In this document: positions 39,401 through 48,400 of the stretch, in pieces
Numbering within the stretch: position 1 is the first letter of the stretch
Layout of the letters: each line of letters opens with the position of its first letter
Virus record (IMG/VR): IMGVR_UViG_3300035135_002626
Origin: a virus
Strand: one strand, 5' to 3'
Length of the DNA stretch: 64,000 nucleotides
Position numbers and translations under genes: made by a program
The notes under the pieces: generated by a model
Told to the model about the DNA's origin: nothing
Database searches by the model: none
Seen by the model: only the letters and a program-made list of their open reading frames with translations

Positions 39401-42400
39401 GTACTAGGTATTGTTTACGATACTACAACACGTGAAGTTTACTATAGTAAAAACGGCGCTAACTGGAGTCCAACAGATCCTAACACGGGCGCAGGTTATT
39501 CGATCAGTGGTAACTCAGGTGATATAGTACAGTTTGATTTTAGAAATACAAGTGGATCCCAAGGTAGTACATTCCACGGTGATTTAAACACAGGCGCAAT
39601 TACATATCCATTAGCACATGCAATTCCAGCAGGCACAACACCATACAGTGGTACAGGCACAGCACAATTCTTAATCGACGGTGCTCCTGCAGCAACAGTT
39701 AGTTTTGAACCTGGAAGAACTTATATATTTGATCAAAGTGATGCAACTAACTTAGGACATCCACTTAGACTAAGTGAAACAGAAGATGGTACACACAATA
39801 GTGGTAGCGAGTATACAATCGGTGTAACTACTGTTGGATCTCCAGGTACTACAGGATCTTATACACAAATCGAAGTGTTCCAGTCAACACCGACACTTTA
39901 CTATTATTGTTCTAACCATAGTGGCATGGGCGGCGGAGTTGCAGTTGGTAACGTATTAAATGTTGGAGATTTAGCAGACGTAGATACAACATCGAATGCT
40001 CCAACTGACGGACAAGCACTTGTATGGGATAATGCAACAAGCACATGGATACCTGGAGACTCATTTAGTCAGACTGATTTTGATACTGCATTTGGTAATA
40101 AGTCAATTGATTCACTTTCAGATGTAGACACAACAACTACAACACCTGCTAGTGGTGATACATTAGTTTGGGATGGCGCAAACTTTGTTCCGGGTAATGC
40201 TGCAGCAAATGTTACAGTCAGTACCACAGCACCAACAAGCCCCGAAGAAGGTGATTTGTGGTATGACGAAGACTATGGTGATTTATTTGTATACGTTACT
40301 GACGGAAGTGGAACAAGTCAGTGGGTAGCAGTTGTTGATAGTCAACTTCCAGCAGCACTTACTATTAGTTCGACACCTCCTGCAAATCCAAACGAAGGTG
40401 ACTTGTGGGTTGACGAAGATGATATGCAACTGTACACATATTATATAGATGCTAATAGTGCACAGTGGGTACAAATTACACCAGAATATGCAGTTGCTAT
40501 TTCAACAATCAGTGCAACACAACCAACAAACGGTTATGAAGGCGAATTATGGTATGATACTGCTAACAGTCTAATGTATGTTTATGATGGTACAACTTGG
40601 CAACAAGTTGGTAGTGCTATCAATAACATAGGCGATTTGGGCGATGTTGACACAAGTACAGTAGCACCAACCAACGGACAAGTTCTTATTTGGAATAGTA
40701 CAACTAGTTTATTTGAACCAGGTACAATACAAGGCTATTCAGGCACAGATTTTGATACTGACTTTGCAGCAAAAACAACAGATGACTTAACCGAAGGAAG
40801 TACAAACTTATATTACACAGATGCACGTGTTGATAGTTTCTTAGGCGGCGGAACAGCAGGCAATATTATTACAACTGGTTACTTGGCAGGTCCAGCAACA
40901 TTTACTATTGACCCAGCAGGTATTGGAGACAATACAGGTACTGTTGTTATTGCAGGTAACCTACAAGTTGATGGTACAACTACAACTATCAATAGTACAA
41001 CTGTAGAAGTAGATGATCTGAACCTTACATTAGGCAGTGGAGCAACTAACGCTGCGGCAGCAAATGGCGGCGGTATTACACTTGATTTAGGTACAGATGG
41101 TACAGCAACATTTACATATAACAGTACAACAGATACTTGGGATGCTAACAAAACAATCAATGCTAACGTTACAGGACAAGTTACAGACATCAGTAACTTT
41201 ACTACAGATGACTTAGCAGAAGGTTCAACTAATTTATATTATACAGATGCACGTGTTCAAGCAGTTAGTATAAACGAAGTTGTAGAAGATACAACTCCTA
41301 CACTAGGTGGTAACTTAGACGCTGGTACATTTAATATTACAAATATAAGTGCAGATGGATATAGTTTACCAACTGCAGATGGCACCAACCGTCAAGTTAT
41401 AATGACAGATGGTAGTGGTACACTGTCATTTGAAGATTTAGATACTATTCATACCGAAGCAACTAACCAAACAGGATCAACTATCCTTAAAGGTACACCA
41501 GTTTATCAAACAGGCACAAGCGGTAATGCAATGACAATTGCTCCTGCAGATGCAAGTAGTGCTAGTACAATGCCAGCAGTTGGTGTACTAGAGCAAGACT
41601 TAGCGTCCGGTGCAACTGGATTTGTTATTCACATGGGGCAAATCAGTGGTGTTGATACAAGTACATTTAGTGAAGGTGACACAATTTACGTTGCTGTCGG
41701 CGGCGGCTATACAAATGTTGCGCCAACAGGAGAAAGCAACTTACTGCAAAACCTAGGTCGTGTTACAAAAGTACATGCTACAAATGGCGGCGGAGTTATT
41801 ATGGGTGCAGGACGTACAAATGCTGTACCTAACCTAAACGACGGCAATATCTTTATAGGTAATGCAAGTAATCAGGCTGTTACTGCAGCACTTACAATTG
41901 ACTTATTAGGTGATGTAGATACAACAACAACTGCACCAGTAAGCGGAGATACGCTTGTATGGAATGGAACAAACTTCGTACCAGGGAATAGTGTTGCTAA
42001 CCTTACAATTAGTACAACTGCTCCAAGTAATCCAGACTTAGGAGATATGTGGTTAGACGAAGCAACTCTTGATATGTTTGTTTATTACCCAGACACAAAT
42101 GGTAACATTTGGGTGCAGGTTAACAATTTAGATACACCTACAGAACTAAATGACTTAACCGATGTCGATTTAGTAACAAACGCACCAGCAGATGGAGAAG
42201 CACTTGTATGGGATGCAGCAACAAGTACATTTGTTCCTGGTGTAACATTTAGTCAAACTGATTTTGATACAGCATTCGGCAACAAATCAATTGATGCACT
42301 AAGCGATGTAGACACAACTAGTAATGCAGCAAGTAATGGAGATGCACTTGTATGGGATGGAGCCAACTGGGTTCCACAAGCACCATTTAGTCAGACTGAT

Positions 42401-45400
42401 TTTGACACTGCATTTGCAGCAAAAGACACAGATGACCTGAGTGAAGGAACAACAAACCTTTACTATACAGATGCACGTGTTGACAGTTATGTGAGTGGCG
42501 GATCGTTAAGTAACATTGTAACAACTGGTTACATACGTGGTCCTTCATCGTTTACTATTGACCCAGCAGGGCACGGAGATAACACAGGTACAGTTGTTAT
42601 TGCAGGTAACTTACAAGTTGATGGTGTTACAACAGCAATTAACAGTACAACAATAAATGTCGATGATAAAAATCTAGAACTAGGAAACGGTAGTACAAGT
42701 GCTGCAAACTCAAATGGCGGCGGTATTACTTTAGAGTTAGGTACAGATGGACTTGCTACTATCTTATATAATAGTGCAACTGATACATGGGATTTCAACA
42801 AAGACATAACAGCAACCGTAACTGGTACAGTAAGCGACATTAGCAATCACAGTATCGACGGACTAAGTGACGTAGATACGACAACAAGTGCTCCAGTAAG
42901 CGGAGATACGCTTGTTTGGAACGGATCAAACTTCGTACCAGGTAACAGTGTTGCTAACTTAACTATTAGTACAACAGCACCTAGCAATCCAGATTTAGGT
43001 GACATGTGGCTAGATGAAGCCACATTGGATATGTTTGTTTATTACCCAGATACAAATGGCAACATTTGGGTACAGGTTAACAACCTAGATACACCTACAG
43101 AACTAAACGATTTAACTGATGTAGATTTAGTCTCAAATGCACCAGCAGACGGACAAGCACTCATTTGGGACAATGCTAATAGTGTATTTGTTCCTGGTGA
43201 TAGTTTCAGTCAAGCAGATTTTGATACAGCATTTGGTAATAAGTCAATAGACGCATTAAGTGATGTGGACACAACTAGTGTTGCTCCAACTTCAGGTGAT
43301 ACACTAATATGGGATGGTGCAAACTTTGTACCTGCAGATCCTGGTGGTAGAGTTACACTAAGTGCAAGTACACCTAGTCCTGCAATCACTGGAGACTTAT
43401 GGATTGACAGTGCTAACTTAGATACATATGCGTATGATGGTGCGAACTGGGCACAAATTAACCAAAGTAATCTTGTTACTGAAATAAGCGACTTAATTGA
43501 TGTTAATGCTGCAGGTATTGCAGACGGGCAAGTATTGGTTTATGACAATGCTACAAGCACGTTTATTCCTGGTACAGCATTTAGTCAAACTGATTTTGAT
43601 ACAGCATTTGCACTTAAATCAATTGGCGGACTAAGCGATGTAGACATTACAACTACTGCACCAACTGACGGACAAGTTCTTATTTGGGATAATGCTAACA
43701 GCGAATTTATTCCTGGTACAATACAAGGTTATGCGTCAGGCGATTTTGATACTGACTTTGCAACTAAAACAACAGACGACTTAACTGAAGGTTCAACTAA
43801 CCTTTATTATACAGACACACGTGTTAATACGTTCTTAGGTAATGGTACTGCTGGTAACATTATTACAACTGGTTACTTACGTGGCCCAGCAAGTTTTGTA
43901 ATTGATCCTGCTGCACACGGAGATAACACAGGTACTGTTGTTATTGCAGGTAACTTACAAGTTGACGGTGTTACAACACAAATTAATAGTACAACACTTA
44001 CAGTTGATGATCTCAACATTGTAATGGGCAGTGGAGCAACAAATGCATCTGCAGCAAACGGCGGTGGTATTACACTTGATTTAGGATCAGACGGACTTGC
44101 TACTATACAATATGCAAGTGCAACAGATACATGGAACTTTAACAAAGATATAACAGCAAATATATCCGGAACAGTAAACGATATTAGTAACCATAGTATC
44201 GATGGGTTGAGTGATGTAGACACAACTAGTGCAGCACCTACAAGTGGTGATTCACTTGTATGGGATGGATCAAACTTTGTTCCAGGAAAAGGAATTGCTA
44301 ATGTAAGTATCAGTGCAACTGCTCCAAGTAACCCAGCACTAGGTGATGTTTGGTTAGATGAAGCAACATTGGATATGTATGTATACTATCCAGATACAAA
44401 TGGCAACATCTGGGTACAAGTTAACAACTTAGATACACCAACTGAACTAAACGACTTAACAGATGTTGACTTGGTAACTAATACACCTACAGATGGTCAA
44501 GCACTTATCTGGGATAATGCTAACAGCGTGTTTGTACCTGGGGATTCATTTAGCCAAGCAGATTTTGATACAGCATTTACTGCTAAGTCAACTGACGATT
44601 TAAGTGAAGGATCAACTAACTTATATTATACAGATACAAGAGCAGATGCACGTATTGCTGCAGCAAGTATTAATGCACTAAGCGATGTAGATACAGCAAG
44701 TGTTGCTCCAACTGATGGACAAACACTAATATGGGACAATGCTAACAGTGTATGGGAACCTGGTACAATTACAGGATACACAGATGCAGATGTTACTGCA
44801 CACTTGCTATCATTTGATGGTAGCATTATACCAGACACAAATATTGCATATGACTTGGGTTCTACATCTGCTGCATGGCGTGATGTATACATTGGACCAG
44901 GTTCATTGTATATGAACAACACACAAGTATTATCAGAAGATGCTGTAACACAAGGTGTTAAACTAGCAGGTACTACAAACCAGCACGTACACTTAGTAAC
45001 ACACGGTACTGGTGAAACAACACTTGAAACAAGTGCAGACATGGTGCTAACAGCACACAGCAATGCTGATATTACACTTAACACTTCAAACGGACATATT
45101 GTATTAAACGGTAACGTTGTAATGCAAGGTAAATTTGTTACACAGTATCCAGTTGTAACAGTAGCAGGCGGCGTATTTGTTGTTGACGGTGCAAGTCAGC
45201 CAGTACTAAGTTTAGAGCCTGGCAGAACATACAGATTTGATCAATCAGATGCAACTAACACTACTCATCCATTTAGATTTAGTACAACACCAAACGGTAC
45301 ACACAACAGTGGTGTAAATTATACAACAGGTGTTACAGAAGTAGGAACTCCTGGTACAGCAGGTGCTTACACAGAGATTGAAGTTGATTATGCAACTCCA

Positions 45401-48400
45401 ACACTTTACTACTACTGTGGTAATCATAGCGGAATGGGTTCAAGTGCTGCAGTAGGTAATATTCCAAATGATATTACAACTACAGCACCAACAGATGGAC
45501 AAGCACTTGTATGGGATGCAACACAAGGTATTTTTGTTCCAGGTGATTCATTTAGCCAAACAGATTTTGATACAGCATTTGGATTAAAGAGTATCAGTGA
45601 TTTAAGTGATGTTGACACTACAGGTGCAGCAGATAATAGTGTACTTGTATGGGATGCAACACTAGGAATATATGCACCAGGATTTAGTTCAAGTGTTAAC
45701 CTATCGAGTACAGTACCAAGTAATCCAAGCGAAGGTGACTTGTGGCTAAACAACAACACAATGAACTTGTATGTATATTATACAGATTCAGACAGTAGTC
45801 AATGGGTACATATCAACCCATACTCAGAAGCGGTACGTGCTAATATTGGTGCAACTCCTCCTGCAAATCCAGATAATGGTGATTTATGGGTAGACGAAAG
45901 TAACTTAGACTTTTACATTTACACCGGCACTGCTTGGGCACAACTAAACCAAAGTAATATTCCAAGTGAATTAAGTGACTTAATTGATGTTACAACTGGT
46001 ACACCAACAGACGGACAAGCACTTGTATGGGATGCAGCAACTAGTCAATGGATTGCAGGCGAGAGCTTTAGTCAAACAGACTTTGACAGTGCAATTGCAT
46101 CAGTTAGTATCGACGACTTATCAGACGTAGATACAACTACAAACGCACCAGTAGACGGACAATCTTTAATATGGGATAATGCTAATAGTAAGTTTATCCC
46201 AGGAGATTCATTTAGTCAATCAGATTTTGATACTGCATATGCAGCAAAAATTGCAGCAGATACTACATTCGGTGCTAACGTTATTGTAACTGGAAACTTA
46301 CAAGTCGATGGTACAACAACTACAATTAACAGTACAACACTTACAGTAGACGATCTTAACATTACATTAGGTAGTGGTGCAGCAGATGCAGCATCAGCAA
46401 ATAACGGTGGCATTACGCTAGACTTAGGTAGCGATGGCTTTGCAACAATAGTATATAATGCAGTAGACGATACCTGGGACTTTAACAAAACTATCGGTGG
46501 TACTATAAATGATATTAGTAATCACAGCATCGGTGGATTAAGTGATGTAGATATTACAACTACAGCACCAAGTTCAAATCATCAAATACTAAAATGGAAC
46601 GGTAGTGAATTTGTCATCGGTGACATTACAGTTATTGGTGCAGTTGCTCCTGTAAGTCCAGACACAGGACAGTTATGGTTTGATACTTCAGATCAATATA
46701 ACCTAACAATGAAAATTTGGGATGGTTCTGTCTGGCAAATAGCAGGCGGGGGTTCTGGCGCAGTTGAAGTTAGTGCTACAGCACCAGCAGGACCTAGAGA
46801 TGGTGATCTTTGGATCGAAGATGCTACTATGAATTTATATGTTTATTATGAAGATGTTGATAGCGGACAGTGGATTCAAATTAACAACAACCCATCACTT
46901 GCAAGCCAAGGCATTAGAGCAAATGTTGAAGTAGGTCCAACAGCACCATTTGCAAACTTAACAGCAGGCGACTTATGGTACAACAGCGATGACGGTAGTA
47001 TGTATGTATACTACGAAGATGTAGACACATCGCAGTGGGTACAAGTTGTTAACCCATTTGCACAATTAAGTTTATTTGACTTAGAAGATGTCACTGACGG
47101 AACAGCAAATCAAGTACTAACAACCGACGGTGCTGGTAATGCCACATTCCAAGATGTGCCACGTGATGTAAGTGAACTAACAGATAGTACAAGTCTACTA
47201 GATATTAACTTGCATTTGCGTACAACTGGTGCAGATTTAGTTAAAGCAACTAACGCAGGTAGCCATGTACTAGAACTAGATAGAACAACTGATACTGGTG
47301 AAATAATTCAACTTAAATCACTAGGTGTTCAGCAAGGTAGTATTAACATTGATGCAAACAACAACATTGTTATTGAAGCAGATAACCAAGATGTCATACT
47401 TACTGGTGCTGAAGTACAAACAAATAGTGCTATTAGATTTAATGTTCCAACTGTTGGAACTACTACATTTAATGTTACAGTTGCTAGCGGTACAAATGAT
47501 TATGGTACTGGTAACAAATATTATATCGAAGGATATACAGATGTAAGTCCTACACTAACACTATTGGAAGGTCAGACTTACAGATTTGATCAAAGCGATG
47601 CTTCAAATGCAACACACCAACTACTAATTTCATCTACTGCAAACGGTACTTGGGGAGGTGGTGTAGAGTACACAACAGGTGTTACTAAAGTAGGTACAGC
47701 AGGTAGTGCTGGCGCATATACAGAAATTACTGTTCCTGTAGGTGTTCCGACATTATACTACTACTGTGTTAATCACAGTGGTATGGGCGGCCAAGCAAAT
47801 ACAATCCTCGGTAATGCAATTTTACACGTTGAAGGACCAGTTACTGATGCTTATGAAACATCTCTTATTATAACAAATCCAACACAAGACAGGGCTGTTA
47901 CATTTAAAGATGAATCAGGTACAGTTGCATTAGTAAGCGATATTCCAACTAGTATTACTGATTTAGGAATTGTCGATGGTACATTAAATCAAGTGCTTAA
48001 AACCGACGGTAACGGTAACTTTACTTTCCAAAATGCACAAGAGCGTCCAACTGCATATGCAAGCGACACAGCACCAGTAGTTGGAGATGAAAAACCAGGT
48101 GACTTGTGGTATAACACAACAGATGGTAGTTTGTATGTATTGTTCGAAGATGTTGATACAGAGCAATGGGTACAAGTTGTTAACCCATTTGCACAATTAA
48201 GTTTATTTGACTTAGAAGATATTACAGATGGAACAGCAAATCAAGTTCTTACTACAGACGGTGCAGGTAATGCAACATTCCAAGATGTACCAAGAGACAT
48301 TGGCGACTTAACTGATACAACAAGTTTACTTGACATTAATTTACATTTACGTACAACTGGCGCAGATTTAATCAAATCTGCAGTAAACAGTAGTCACTTA

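Noticed and set aside
202-44992. HxH iron-binding motifs of T4 gp37 needle type (HEH at 202-210, HVH at 44984-44992)
   Set aside because: Only isolated single occurrences, not the serial HxH pattern of an iron-bound needle domain.
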